Position numbers and translations under genes: made by a program. From Chiloscyllium plagiosum (Eukaryota): a stretch of 64,000 nucleotides of DNA. The stretch spans positions 9,956,259 through 10,020,258 of the forward strand of contig NC_057750.1 of assembly GCF_004010195.1 (NCBI RefSeq), written 5' to 3'. Positions 39,393-51,925 of the stretch are shown piece by piece. Under the pieces are notes generated by a model. It saw only the letters and a program-made list of their open reading frames with translations, made no database searches and was not told where the DNA came from. Numbering within the stretch: the first letter of the stretch is position 1; each line of letters starts with the position of its first letter.

Positions 39393-39800
39393 TTGGAGCA
39401 TCGGAGGCTGAGGGGTGACCTTATAGAGGTTTACAAAATTATGAGGGGCATGGATAGGGTAAATAGGAAAAGTCTTTTCCCTGGGGTGGGGGAGTCCAGA
39501 TCTAGAGAGCATAGGTTTAGGGTGAGAGGGGAAAGATATAAAAGAGATCTACAGGGCAACTTTTTCACACAGAGGGTGGTGCGTGTATGGGATGAGCTGC
39601 CAGAGGAGGTGGTGGAGGCTGGTACGATTGCAACATTTAAGAGGCATTTGGATGGGTATTTGAATAGAAGGGTTTGGAGGGATATGGGCCGGGTGCTGGC
39701 AGGTGGGACAAGTTTGGGTTGGGATATCTGATCGGCATGGACGGGTTGGACCGAAGGGTCTGTTTCCATGCTGTACATCTCTGTGACTCAATGACTCTAA
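39393..39800 (+). mobile_element. CR1/HER1 3' fragment
   Basis: LEHRRLRGDLIEVYKIMRG...FFTQRVVRVW. Confidence 0.9.
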
Positions 39801-40564
39801 CTAGACCATTGAGGAGGGAGACTGGGAAACATTTTTCCCATAAAATGGATAGTGGAAATCTGGAATTCTCTCATCCAAAAAGCTGTGAATTCTGTAGCAA
39901 TCAGACTTTTCGAGACAGGTTGATAGTTTTCTTTTGATAAAGCATATCTAGGATTAATAAGCAAATGGGTAATTGAAGTTAGATGGTCATGATCTAACTG
40001 AATATAGAATTGGGCTCAAAGTGCTGAATGGCCTTCACTTGTTCCAATTATGTTAAGAGTTCACGGTGCTTAGATTTAAGATTTATCTGGCTGGACTATT
40101 TATTATCAAACATTTTCCTTTGAATAAAACAGCATTCAAAGGAATTAACTATGAATAGGTTAATCAATAACCATCAGGTAGAAAAGGAATTATTGTACGT
40201 TAGACCGTAAAATAGGTTTATGATGTAAGGGATACAGGTGACAGCATCTTCTGAGAAAGCAGTAGATAAGGACAATAAGCACATAGCATTTGGATATATA
40301 CACCTCCAGGATCTAATTAGTATGCAAACACAAGCCACAACATTAGCGAACAATTGCAAAATTTTAGCAACATATGCACCTGCGTGGGAAACCTGAATGC
40401 AGGAAGTCTAAATCAGAATGGGTGCAGCCCTGAAGGGTGGGTGAGCATCTGTAGCCGTACTTTAGTGTGGGTTAGGGCACAGGACCCAATGTTAAGTTGG
40501 TAAGGGTCTAGATCCCCATGATGGCATTGACTGGGATTAGGATCGAGGACTGTACAACAATGTA

Positions 40565-41310
40565 AAACAAAGAACAAAGAAAATTTACAGCCCAGGAACA
40601 GGCCCTTCGGCCCTCCAAGCCTGAGCCAATCCAAATCCACTGTCTAAACCTGTCGGTCAACTCCTAAGGATCTGTATCCCTCTGCTCCCCACCTACTCAT
40701 GCATCTGTCCAGATGCATCTTAAATGAATCTACCGTGCCTGCCTCTACCACCTCTGCTGGCAACGCGTTCCAAACGCCCACCACCCTCTGTGTAAAGTAT
40801 TTGCATCCCCCCTCAAACTTTTCACCTCTCACCTTGAAAGCGTGACCTCTCGTTATTGAATCCTTCACCCTGGGAAAAAGCTTGTCTCTGTCCACCCTGT
40901 CCATACCCTTCATGATTTTGTAAAACTCAATCGGGTCCCCCCTCAATCTCCTTTTTTCTAATGAAAATAAACCTAACCTACTCAACCTCTCTTCATAGCT
41001 AGCACCTTCCATACCAGGCAACATCCTCGCAAACCTTCTCTGCCCCCTCTCCAAAGCGTCCACATCCTTTTGGTAATGTGGCACCCAGAACTGTACACAG
41101 TATTCTAAATGCGGCCGAACAATGTCTTGTACAATTTTAACATGACTTGCTAGCTCTCATACTCAATACCCCGTCCAATGAAGGCAAGCATACCATATGC
41201 CTTCTTGACCACTCTATCCACCTGTGCAGCAACCTTCAGGATACAATGGACCTGCACTCCCAGATCTCTCTGCCCATCAACTTCTCCCAAGGCTCTTCCT
41301 TTCATTATAT
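40565..41310 (-). mobile_element. CR1 LINE 3' fragment (second subfamily, gttcttt tail)
   Basis: PHYQKDVDALERGQRRFARMLPG...YFTQRVVGVWNALP. Confidence 0.88.
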
Positions 41311-41374
41311 AATGTTAATCATTGATTAATGTTTAGCACTCAAATTTAATATGGGTTATAGTCTGGAGATGGGG

Positions 41375-41637
41375 GCGACTGTGTGGAATTTGCATGTGTC
41401 TGTGTGGGTTTCCTCCGGGTGCTCCGGTTTCCTCCCACAATCCAAAGATGTGCAGGTTAGGTGGATTGGCCATGCTAAATTGCCCAGAGTGTTCAGGGAT
41501 GTGCAGGCTAGGTGGGATAGCCATGGAAAATATAGGGATAGGTTAGGGATGTGGGTGTGGGTGGGCCACTCCTCAGAGGGTCAGTGTGGACTTGATGGGC
41601 CGAATGGCCTGCTTCCACTCTGTTGGGATGCTATGAA
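41375..41637 (+). mobile_element. HE1-type V-SINE, 5'-truncated
   Basis: V-domain consensus. Confidence 0.8.
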
Positions 41638-41924
41638 GTTTGGGGGTAAAGAACTGTGTGACAGGAGAATTAATATCTAGAATGTTTTGTCAGCATGGGT
41701 TCCTTTAAAATCCCACTCATGCTTATCCCACTCTCCTGCTAATTGGTCTAATTAGGCCAAGAAAAACCATAAGAAATAAGAACCATTCAGCCCTTCAACC
41801 TGCTCCATTATTCAATAGGATCGCAGCTGATCCAACGCTTCCTTGTCGACTTTCCTGTCTTTATCCCATAATTCTGGATTCCCCTCCATAGCATGGGTTA
41901 CTTTAATAGCCTATAACTTGTAAT

Positions 41925-42140
41925 AGGAGAAAGTGAGGATGGCAGATGCTGGAGGTCAGAGTCGAAAAGTGTGGTGCTGGAAAAGCACAGCAGCTCAGGC
42001 AGCATCTGAGGAGCAGGAGAGTCGACATTTCGGGCATAAGCCCCTCGGCAGGAATGAAGAAGGACTTATACTCAAAACTCTCCTGCTCCTCGGATGCTGC
42101 CTGATCTGCTGTGCTTTTCCAGTGCCACACTTTTGGACTG
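41925..42140. mobile_element. Penelope-like family A inverted pair, decayed
   Basis: Arms meet at ~42054; TSD taacttgtaat (41914-41924) / taacttttaat (42141-42151). Confidence 0.75.
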
Positions 42141-42396
42141 TAACTTTTAATCTCCTTCATCATCTGGTGTCACTTTCCTGCTCACTCCCTAAACCCTTTA
42201 ATGTTCCAGCCAGTCTAATGAGACCAGAAGACATAAGAGCAGAAATTAGGCCATTCAGCCCATCGAGTCTGCTCCACCAATCAGTCATGGTTGATAGGTA
42301 TTTCAATCCATGTCTTGAGATAATTAAACACAATGTCAGCAGAACAATTGGCTCTAAGAACAATAGTAAATCATTCAGTCCATCATGACTGACCAC

Positions 42397-42585
42397 CTAA
42401 CACTATGGGCAATTAAGCACAGCCAATTCTCCTGACCTGCACGTCTTCGGACTCTGGGAGGAAACTCACGCAGATACGGGGCGAACATGCAAACTCCATA
42501 CAGACAGTTGCCCGAGGCTGGAATCAAACCTGGGACCCTGGAGCTGTGAGGCAATAGTGCTAACCACTGAGCCACCATGCTGCCA
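42397..42585 (-). mobile_element. HE1-type V-SINE fragment
   Basis: Minus-strand head and body. Confidence 0.8.
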
Positions 42586-42922
42586 TATATAATAATATAA
42601 TATTTGCAGTATAAGGACGTTTTATAGTTAGCCTTTTATAAGCCGATAGTTATTTTCCAGTCAATTTAAAATTCACATCTTATTAACCAAGCTCTGAAAT
42701 ATTTCTTTTCCTTGTCATTATTCTTGAGGATTTTTATCTATTTGGGATCTTTATCTATTATAGCTTTTTTGGAGTAGTTTTGGATGAAATCAGTGTTTTG
42801 AAGAAACTCCAGAAATTGAGATTTGAAAGGAATAAAATCTGAAAATGTTCCTCCTTTACCAAACTTTTGGTCTCCTTTTCTAATAACTCTTTATGCAACT
42901 TAGTGACCAATTTTCTCTCACA

Positions 42923-43340
42923 GAGAACATAAGGACTCGGAGCAGGAGTAGGCCGTCTGGCCTTTCGGGCCTGCCCCGCCATTCAATAAGATCACGGCTG
43001 ACCTTTATCGTGGACTCAGCTCCACTTACACACCCTCTCACCATAACCCTGAATCCCTTTACTGTTCGAAAATCTATTGTTGCTTTACAAACATTCAACG
43101 AGGAAGCCTCAACTGCTTCACTGGGTGGGGAATTCCACAGATTCACAACCCTCTGGGTGAAGAAGTTCCCCCTCAGCTCAGTCCGAAATCTGCTCCCCCT
43201 TATTTTGAGGCTATGCCCCCTAGTTCTAGTTTCACCCTACAGTGGAAACAATCTCCCTGCTTCTACCTTATCTATTCCCTTCATAATTTTATAAGATCAT
43301 CCCCCTCCCCTTATTATTCTAAATTCCAATATGCATAGTT
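42923..43340 (-). mobile_element. CR1 3' fragment (third subfamily)
   Basis: Reverse complement reads FTQRVVNLWNSPP..VEASSL. Confidence 0.8.
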
Positions 43341-43733
43341 ATGAGGTGGTATAGAGGGGAAACTTTGCTGTGTTCATTCACTGGATATGGGCATCACTTG
43401 CTAGACCATCATTTATTGCTCGGAGGAGAGTTAAGAGTCAACCACATTGTTGTGGGTCTGATGTCACTTTTAGACAAGACCAAGTAAGGATAGTAGTTTT
43501 CTTCCTGAAAGGACCTGAGTGAGTTAGATGCATTTTTAATGACAATAGATAGAGGTTATATGATAATCATTAGGCGAGCCTTTTTTAATTTTATTTTTCT
43601 TAAAAACTGAGTTACAAGTTTCACCATCTCTCACTGTGGGATTGACCCTTACCGCGACAACATTAGTTTGAGGTGCTGGATTTCTAGTGTAGTGACTTTA
43701 CCACCATCACCCATCCCTCAGATGTTAAAGATG

Positions 43734-44277
43734 CGTGCAGTTCTGGTCTCCTTCCTATCGGAAAGATGTTGTGAAACTTGAAAGGGTTCAGAAAAGATTT
43801 ACAAGGATGTTGCCAGGGTTGGAGGATTTGAGCTATAGGGAGAGGCTGAACAGGCTGGGGCTGTTTTCCCTGGAGCGTCGGAGGCTGAGGGGTGACCTTA
43901 TAAAGGTTTACAAAATTATGAGTGGCATGGATAGGGTAAATAGGCAAAGTCTTTTCCCTGGGGTTGGGGAGTCCAGAACTAGAGGGCATAGGTTTAGGGT
44001 GAGAGGGGAAAGATATAAAAGGGACCTAAGGGGCAACTTTTTCACATAGAGGATGGTGCATGTATGGAATGAGCTGCCAGAGGAAGTGGCGGAGGCTGGT
44101 ACAATTGCAGCATTTAAAAGGCATCTGGATGGGTATATGAACAGGAAGGGTTTGGAGGGAAATGGGCCGGGTGCTGGCAGGTGGGACTAGATTGGGTTGG
44201 GATATCTGGTCGACATGGACAGGTTGGACCGAAGGGTCTGTTTCCATGCTGTCCATCTCTAAGACTCTATGACTCTA
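43734..44277 (+). mobile_element. CR1/HER1 3' fragment
   Basis: QFWSPSYRKDVVKLERVQKRFTRMLPGL; gactctat tail. Confidence 0.92.
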
Positions 44278-45090
44278 GAAATATAAGGTGTTGTTGTTGT
44301 TGTAGTTCATTCTGGCACTGGAGGCCTAATCCTTTGAAGACTCGCTGATTGCGAGAGATTACACCAATTTAGGGTCATAAACCCTGCAATGTTGAAGGTT
44401 AAGGGTAGATTCAACTGATATTTTCAAGTTATTAAGAGCAGCTTGAGAGAAACTAGATGCACTGTTCAGAGAGACTAGGATGAGGAGGCATAGTCAAAAC
44501 TTCAGAGCTAGACCCTTCTGGAATGCAGTGAGAAAATGCTTCTCTGCACAAAGAGTAGCAGAAGTTTTGAACTCTCTTCAATGTTCTCTCTGCAGTCAGT
44601 GGTGAACGAGCATGTTTTGTTGAACGTTCTGTTTGCTCACAGACAGCTGGCTCTCTTAATCATTGAACTGCAAGGTGCGGCCACACATCTGTCTTCCTTT
44701 TGTGTTTCCATGGTTTCTGATACTATGCTGTTTGTTGCTATCCTCATTATTTACATTTAGAGCCGTCACTCCCTATGTACAAGGTGTGTTTGTCTCCCTC
44801 TTTGTGACTGTTCCCTATTCTGTATGTTGAAGATACACAGCCACAACTGGCATTTATATTGTGTCCGCTACAGAATAAGACATCCCAAGGTAATTTGCAG
44901 AGTGAATAACCAGTAACAAACCAGTAATACCTGGAAATGAAGCTATCGGATCAGTATTGTCTCACTTAAGTTCTTCTGTTTTCCCCTTCTGGAATTGTTG
45001 GTTTGTAACTGAACAGTTTGTGACAGTGAGCGATTTAGGGGATGAAGGGTGACTGAAAGTGCGGACAACGAGGTAAGGAGTGTGTTTCTT

Positions 45091-45372
45091 TTAGATTAGA
45101 TTCCCTACAGTGTGGAAACAGGCCCTTCGGCCCAACAGGTCCACACCGACCCTCTGAAGAGTAACCCGCCCAGACCCATTTCTCTCTGACAAATGCACCT
45201 AACACTACAAGCAATTTAGCATGGCCAATTCACCTGACCTGCACACCTTTGGACTGTGGGAGGAAACCGGAGGAAACCCTCGCAGACACGGGGAGAATGT
45301 GCAAACTCTACACAGACAGTCGACCGATCCCTGGCGCTATGAGGCAGCAGTGCTAACCACTGAGCCACCGTG
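45091..45372 (-). mobile_element. HE1-type V-SINE
   Basis: Minus-strand consensus. Confidence 0.85.
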
Positions 45373-45806
45373 TGTTAATTGAAGCAAACAAGGTAGAGAG
45401 TGGTTCAGTGAGGAATCTTGGGGCCTAGCACATAGCTGAAAGCCTGACTACCAGTTGTGGGGAGGTGGAGGTACCTAATTAGGAGAGGCTAAGAGGACCT
45501 CTACTCAGTGGAGCTGAGAGGAACAAAAGTGAACCTAATTGAAACATACAAGAATCTTAGGGAGCTTGAACAGGGTCGATGTGGAGACGTTTTTAACTCC
45601 TTGTGGAAGAGTCTATGGCCACAAGTTCATAATCTCAGAGTAAAGGCAGAGATTGGAAGGGATCTCTTTCTCTCAGTCAAAGTAGTGAATTCTTTACCAC
45701 AGAAGACTGTCAAGTATATTCAAGGATGAGATAGACAGGTTTGTAATCAGCAAGAGAATCAAGAGTTATAGGGAAAAGGCAGGAAAGTGGAGTTGAAGAT
45801 TATCAA

Positions 45807-46275
45807 TGTTTCGGGCATAAGCCCTTCTTCAGGAATGAGGAAAGTGTGTCCAGCAGGCTAAGATAAAAGGTAGGGATGGGGGCTTTGGGGGAGGGGCATT
45901 GGAATTGCGATAGGTGGAGGGAGGTCAAGGTGAGGGTGATAGGCCGGAGTGGNNNNNNNNNNNNNNNNNNNNNNNNNNNNNNNNNNNNNNNNNNNNNNNN
46001 NNNNNNNNNNNNNNNNNNNNNNNCCCCACCCCCCTCCGGCCTATCACCCTCACCTTGACCTCCCTCCACCTATCGCAATTCCAACGCCCCTCCCCCAAGT
46101 CCCTCCTCCCTACCTTTTATCTTAGCCTGCTGGACACACTTTCCTCATTCCTGAAGAAGGGCTTATGCCCGAAACGTCGATTCTCCTGTTCCTTGGATGC
46201 TGCCTGACCTGCTGCGCTTTTCCAGCAACACATTTTCAGCTCTGATCTCCAGCATCTGCAGCCCTCAATTTCTCC
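45807..46275. mobile_element. Penelope-like family A inverted pair spanning a 71-N gap (45953-46023)
   Basis: Left arm is the reverse complement of the right arm; perfect 14-bp TSD ttgaagattatcaa at 45793-45806 and 46276-46289. Confidence 0.85.
46147..46182 (+). ncRNA. Minimal type I hammerhead ribozyme motif (family A)
   Basis: auuc-CUGAAGA-A-GGGC(uuau)GCCC-GAAAC-GUC-gauu. Confidence 0.7.
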
Positions 46276-46786
46276 TTGAAGATTATCAAGTCAGCCATGA
46301 TCTCATTGAGTGGCATGAGCAGACCTGATTCGCTACAAAAGTAGGAATTGCTGGAAAAATGTCAGAGTTAATGTTTCAGGCCGAGTGACCCTTCCACAAG
46401 AGAGCCTGATAGGCTAAATGGCCCCTTATTGCTCCTACACATTATGGTCTTGCGCATGTGTAGGGACAGGTTACAGAAACAGTGTGGGACAAGTCTCTGG
46501 AGAACAGGGCAGAAAACCTTTTAAATCAATGGGTACATCAGTGAGTGCAGAGGTTCGGGGGAGACGAAGCTTGATAAATCGGACAGGGTGGCCGAGGGTT
46601 TGTATCAGATCAAGTTAAGGGAGGGGGGGGCTGCGTGGGATGTTGAGAGTAGGAGAGAATTGGAATAGTTTAGAGATAGCAAAAGCTTGGATGAGATTTT
46701 CACAGAGGTGATAGACATTACTGGGGAAGCAGGCCGAATCTGAATTTATTCTGCAGCAGATTTTGGAATCATGTCGGGGCCTTTGG

Positions 46787-47125
46787 CCGGCGCGGTGCCT
46801 CAGTGTTTAGCACTGTTGCCTCACAGCTCCAGGGACCCAGGTTCGATTCCACCCTTGGGTGACTGTGTGGAGTTTGCACATTCTCCCCATGTCTGCATGG
46901 GTTTCCTCTGGGTGCTCCAGTTTCCTCCCACAGTCCAAGGGTGTGCAGGTTAGGGTGGATTGACCAAGATAAATTATCCCATCATGTTCAGGGATGTGCA
47001 GGTTAGGTGCATTAGTCTGGGGTGAATGTAGAGTAGTAGGGGAATGGGACTGGGTGGGTTACTCGTCTCTGGTCAGTGTGCACTTGTTGAGCCAAAGGGC
47101 CTGTTTCCACACTGTGAGGATTCTA
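46787..47125 (+). mobile_element. HE1-type V-SINE
   Basis: Head, V-domain and tail. Confidence 0.85.
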
Positions 47126-47209
47126 AAACATTAAAAAAGAGACCAAAACAGTCTTGCTAAAATTGAAAAAGATCAAGGAAAAGTAGGGCTTTTTCCTGGG
47201 AGGCCATGA

Positions 47210-47655
47210 GTATAGGGAGAGGCTTGAACAGGCTGAGACTGTTTTCCCTGGAGCATTGGAGGCTGAGGGCTGAACCTTATAAAGGTTTATAAAATCATGA
47301 GGGGCATGGATGGGGTAAATAGACAAGGTCTTTTCCCTGGGGTGGGAGTGTCCAAAACTAGAGGGCATAGGTTTAAAGTGAGAGGGTAAAGATTTAAAAG
47401 GGACCTGAGGGGCAATTTTTTTACGCAGAGGGTGGTGCATGCTCTGGAATGAGCTGCCAGAGGAAGTAGTGGAGGCTGGTACAATTACAGCATTTGAAAG
47501 ACATCTGGCTGGTTACATGAATAGGAAGGGTTTAGAGGGATATGGGCCAAGTGCTGGCAAATGGGTCTAGATTAATTTAGGATATCTGGTCAGCATGGAC
47601 AAGTTGGACCGAAGGGTCTGTTTCCATGCTGTACATCTCTGTGACTCTATGACAT
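47210..47655 (+). mobile_element. CR1/HER1 3' fragment
   Basis: Conserved CR1 3' end and tail. Confidence 0.88.
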
Positions 47656-47960
47656 GAATTTTATATCAGTGTTGATCTAATGACGTCGTAGATCTTTCAT
47701 TCCCTGTGCTTACTCAAGTCTACGGGGTTGCAATTCTGAACAATATTTTTTGTCATTGGTTCAGCAGCCCAGCCTATCACATTGTTAATGATCAGATAGT
47801 GATGGGCTAGTATCTGCTAAGAACTGAATAAGTGTTGCTACTGCTACAATTGTAAACTGATGATTGCTGACTGCTGTTGTAGCTTTTTTTGTCTTGCACT
47901 CATCAGGACATATACAAGAATGCCAACTTTCAAGGGGAACAATAATTTACGTGGTAGTGG

Positions 47961-48258
47961 TGGCATGGTGGCTCAGTGGTTAGCACTGCTGCCTCACAGC
48001 ACCAGGGTCCCAGGTTCAATTCCAGCCTCGGGCGACTGTCTGTGTGGAGTTTGCACATTCTCCCCGTGTCTGCGTGGGTTTCCTCCCACAGTCCAAAGAT
48101 GTGCAGGTCAGATGAATTGGTCATGCTAAATAATGCCCCATAGTGGTAGGTGCATTAGTCAGAGGGAAGTGGGTCTGGGTGGGTTATTCTTCGGAGGGTC
48201 AGTGTGGACTGGTTGGGCCGAAGGGCCTGTTTCCACACTGTAAGGAATCTAATCTAAT
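47961..48258 (+). mobile_element. HE1-type V-SINE
   Basis: Full consensus with aatct tail. Confidence 0.9.
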
Positions 48259-48529
48259 CAACACTGCATGAGAAAAGGTTGCTGATTTGTTGGCCAGTGG
48301 ATTCTGTTTGGCTGAGGCGTTGCCATGGAGAATTCCACAATTATCCACGCCGGCTCTGATTGGTGAGGTGTTGTCAGCCTGATAGATGGTTGTTGTGTAA
48401 TGGAAGAGGGAATAAGTAAGAGCCCCATTTTCCTGACTTTCTGTTCCATTGCCCACAAGTAGTCATGGGGAACTTCCATCAGCTGCCTGGTAAGACTGAT
48501 GGGGTAGTAAAAACATCAGTACAAAGTCG

Positions 48530-49040
48530 GAGAATCATACAACACAGAATCAGGCCCTTTGGCCCAATACGTCCATGCCAACCAGTTTCCCAGCTGAGCT
48601 CGACCCATTTGCCTGCGTTTGGCCCATATCCTTCTAAACCCTTCCTCTCCACGTGTCTGACAAATGTCTTTTAAATGTTGTAATTGCAGCTACATCTACC
48701 ACTTTCTCTAGCAGTTTGTTCCATACACGCACCACCCGCTGCATGATAAAGCTGCCCCTCAGGTCCCTTTTAAATCTTTCCCCTCTCACCTTAAACCTAT
48801 GCCCTCTAGTTTTCCCCTGGCCTGGGGGAAAGCCCTTTGCTGTTCGCCATGTAGATGCATAGAATCCCTGCAGTGTGGAAGCAGGCCATTTGACCCATCA
48901 AGCCCTCACTGACCTTCTGAAGATCTGCCCACCCAGACCCACTCGCCTATCCTATCCCTATAACCCTACACTTCCCTAGCCTGCACATCGCTATGGGGCG
49001 ATTTAGCATGGCCAATCCACCTAACCTGCACATCTTTGGA
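48530..49040 (-). mobile_element. CR1 3' fragment (48530-48845) followed by an HE1 fragment (48858-49040)
   Basis: Minus-strand consensus blocks. Confidence 0.75.
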
Positions 49041-49586
49041 GTTATCTATACTCCTCAGGATTGTATAAACCTTTACACGGTCACCCCTCAGAGGGAGACT
49101 AGTCTGACTTGCTGCGAGCTTTCAAACAGAGCTGTCTACTCCAAGCCCATCTCCCTGCCCTTTTCCTATTTATATGCTTCAGATCTTTATCCAATTCCTT
49201 TTTAAGCCATACAGCAGTGTTTGTCTCAATAACAGCTCGTAGTAAAATGTTCCATTACAGGATTCTCTGCCCTGTACGAAAGAAACGTCTCGTTTTGTTT
49301 TTTGCCGTTCGATGTCTTGATCATGTTCCCAGTTCAATAAGCATTGGAAAGAATCTTCCATTATTTATGTGCTCCTGATTAGCAACCCAGCCTCAGCGAG
49401 TGGTAATTGTTCCCTGGAGAAGGAATGGGGAGATTGTGAACCTCATCGCCACATTTCTTTTCCTCGTAGATTTTTTTTTTCTCACGGTGAGCAGGTATCA
49501 CTGGCAAGGCCAATGTTTTGTTGCTGTTGAACTGAGAAGCTCACTGGGCCATTGCAGATTCAACCACACCCCAGTGGACCTGGGGT

Positions 49587-50035
49587 CATAGGTCATAGAT
49601 TCATCGAGTCATCGGGATGTACAGCCTTCAGTCCAACCCATCCATGCCAACCAGATATCTTAATGTAATCTAGTCCCATTTGCCAGCACTTGGCCCATAT
49701 CCTGCTAAACCCTTCCTATTCATATACCCATCCAGATGCTTTTTAAATGCTGTAATTGTACCAGCCTCCACCACTTCCTCTGGCAGCACATTCCATACAC
49801 GCACCACCCTCCCCGTGAAACACTTTGCCCCTCAGGTCCCTTTTATATCTTTCCCCTCTCACCCTAAACCTATGCCCTCTAGTTCTGGACTCCCCCACCC
49901 CAGGGAAATGACCTTGTCTATTTATCCTATCCATGCCCCTCATGATTTTATAAACCTCTATACGGTCACCCCTCAGTCTATGACGCTCCAGGGAAAAACA
50001 GCCTCTTCCTGTAGCTCAAACATTCCAACCCCAGT
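49587..50035 (-). mobile_element. CR1/HER1 3' fragment
   Basis: MRGMDRINRQGHFPGVGESRTRGH. Confidence 0.85.
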
Positions 50036-50112
50036 AACAGACCTCTTTCCCTAAAGGGGCCTTTTGTGAACCAGTTGGGTTCTTAACAAGAATCAGTGAT
50101 AGTTTAATGGCA

Positions 50113-50385
50113 AGGAGAAAGTGAGGACGGCAGATGCTGGAGATTAGAGCCGAGAGTGTGGCGCTGGAAAAGCACAGCAGGTCAGGCAGCAGCCGAGGAG
50201 CAGGAGAATCGACATTTCAAGAGTATGTACCTGTGTTTTTGTTTTTGCCGCTGTTTACCTATTATTTACTTATCCATGCTGCTCAACTCTGTGCTCTGCT
50301 TGTATTGCTCGCAAGACAAAGCTTTTCTCTGTGCCTCGGTACATGTGACAATAAATTCAATTCAATTCAATCCAATTCCATAGGC
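50113..50385. mobile_element. Penelope-like family A fragment (-; 50113-50220) abutting a Rex1-like 3' tail (+; (ttcaa)n)
   Basis: Family A terminal sequence, then a tail homologous to ~39050-39130. Confidence 0.6.
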
Positions 50386-51334
50386 TCTGATGTGTAGAGC
50401 AGCAATTTACATTGGGCCAGTTACCTCCTCCGCTCCAACCCCACCACTACCCCCACCATCCATGGGATAGACATGAGCTGATCGCTTCAAAACAAACCTT
50501 CCCCACAGAAAATCCTGGAATTTAAACTCTGGTCAGACAGAGCCCAAGAATGGACCTTTCCAGTCTGTGTTTTATTTCTACTTACACTCCACCAACTCCT
50601 TCCACACTGATTTACTTCTTCCCTCTTTATTTACCAGGTCAAGTGGTCACCTGATTATCCCCTATTAACATGTAATCATCATCCATTCTCGAGTACTGAA
50701 ATAACTCCACAGAGACTGGTATCCCGTTACCAAGTCACCCATGCACAATACATGACACTGACCCAGCTCCCTCAGAGCCAGCTCTCTGAGTGAACGGAAC
50801 CTCTGACACTCCTGTTTATGTCTGTCAGCCAGGGCTCCCTGATTGAACCAGGTTAACAGCCCCAATCAGGGAACCCAGATGCTATGAAATCCATTTGGCT
50901 GACCTTGTTCCAATCACGACAAGTCCCACTTGACCTCACTAGATGCAGGCAGCTAAATTACTCCAGAGTGGGACTTCTTACTATCCACGCCCCAATGGGA
51001 GGCAGTTCAACCCTCTCTCTGCTTGGGTCTCAGTAGCACCAGAGCTTGGTAGTGGACACTTTTGGTACTGCAGACAGCCTTACCAAGGAGGTTCATTGGA
51101 ATCCTAGCTGGGTAAGGCTGGGGGGTGTTGGGTAAATTGGCTTTACCTCCTTAGGGAGGAGGACGGATATTAAATATGTGGGTAGGAAAGAAGGGGGGTG
51201 GGCATGCTATCTCCTGGGCATTGGCTGTGATGGGCATTTGGCACTCTGGAAAGTTAAAGTGCCCCCTTCTTTCCTGCCATTAGCTGCCCACTCCTGTCTG
51301 CCTGCCTACGTGGGCAGTGTTATAATGGGGGGGT

Positions 51335-51559
51335 GAAAGTGAGGTCTGCAGATGCTGGAGATCAAAGTTGAAACTTTATTGCTGGAACAGCACAGCAGGT
51401 CAGGCAGCATCCAGGGAACAGGAGATTCGACGTTTCGGGCACAGGCCCTTCTTCAGGAATGAGTCATTCCTGAAGAAGGGCCTGTGCCCAAAACGTCGAA
51501 TCTCCTGTTCCCTGGATGCTGCCTGACCTGCTGTGCTGTTCCAGCAATAAAGTTTCAAC
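51335..51559. mobile_element. Penelope-like family A near-perfect inverted pair
   Basis: 98-bp arms around 51463; perfect 15-bp TSD ttataatgggggggt at 51320-51334 and 51560-51574. Confidence 0.9.
51425..51460 (-). ncRNA. Minimal type I hammerhead ribozyme motif, best-formed copy
   Basis: Minus strand AUUC-CUGAAGA-A-GGGC(cugu)GCCC-GAAAC-GUC-GAAU: 4-bp helix I, 4-bp helix II, ACGU palindrome, GUC site. Confidence 0.78.
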
Positions 51560-51644
51560 TTATAATGGGGGGGTCAACTAATGAGCTGTTAATGATCTCA
51601 GTCGTGTGGTGGGCGGGTTGTCAGTTTCAGCACCTGCACATTGT

Positions 51645-51925
51645 GGAGATTAGAGTCAAGATTAGGGTGGGTGCTGGAAAAGCACAGCAGGTCAGGCAGC
51701 AACTGAGGAGCAGGAGAATCGCCATTTCAGGCAAAGACCATTCATCAGGAATGAGGCTGGGAGCCTCAGGGGTGGAGAGATGAATGGGAGGGGGATGGGA
51801 CTAGGGGGAAGGTAGCTGAGAGTGCAACAGGTAGATGGAGGTGGGGGTAAAGGTGATAGGTCGGAGAGGAGAGTAGAGCGGACAGGTGGGAAGGAAGATT
51901 GACAGATGCGACGGGCCATGAGGAC
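51645..51925 (-). mobile_element. Penelope-like family A longer fragment, decayed hammerhead
   Basis: Homologous to 54617-54950. Confidence 0.7.

Noticed and set aside
48328..48342. RFX X-box-like gttgccatggagaa
   Set aside because: Imperfect, far from any identified promoter, and probably within a repeat.
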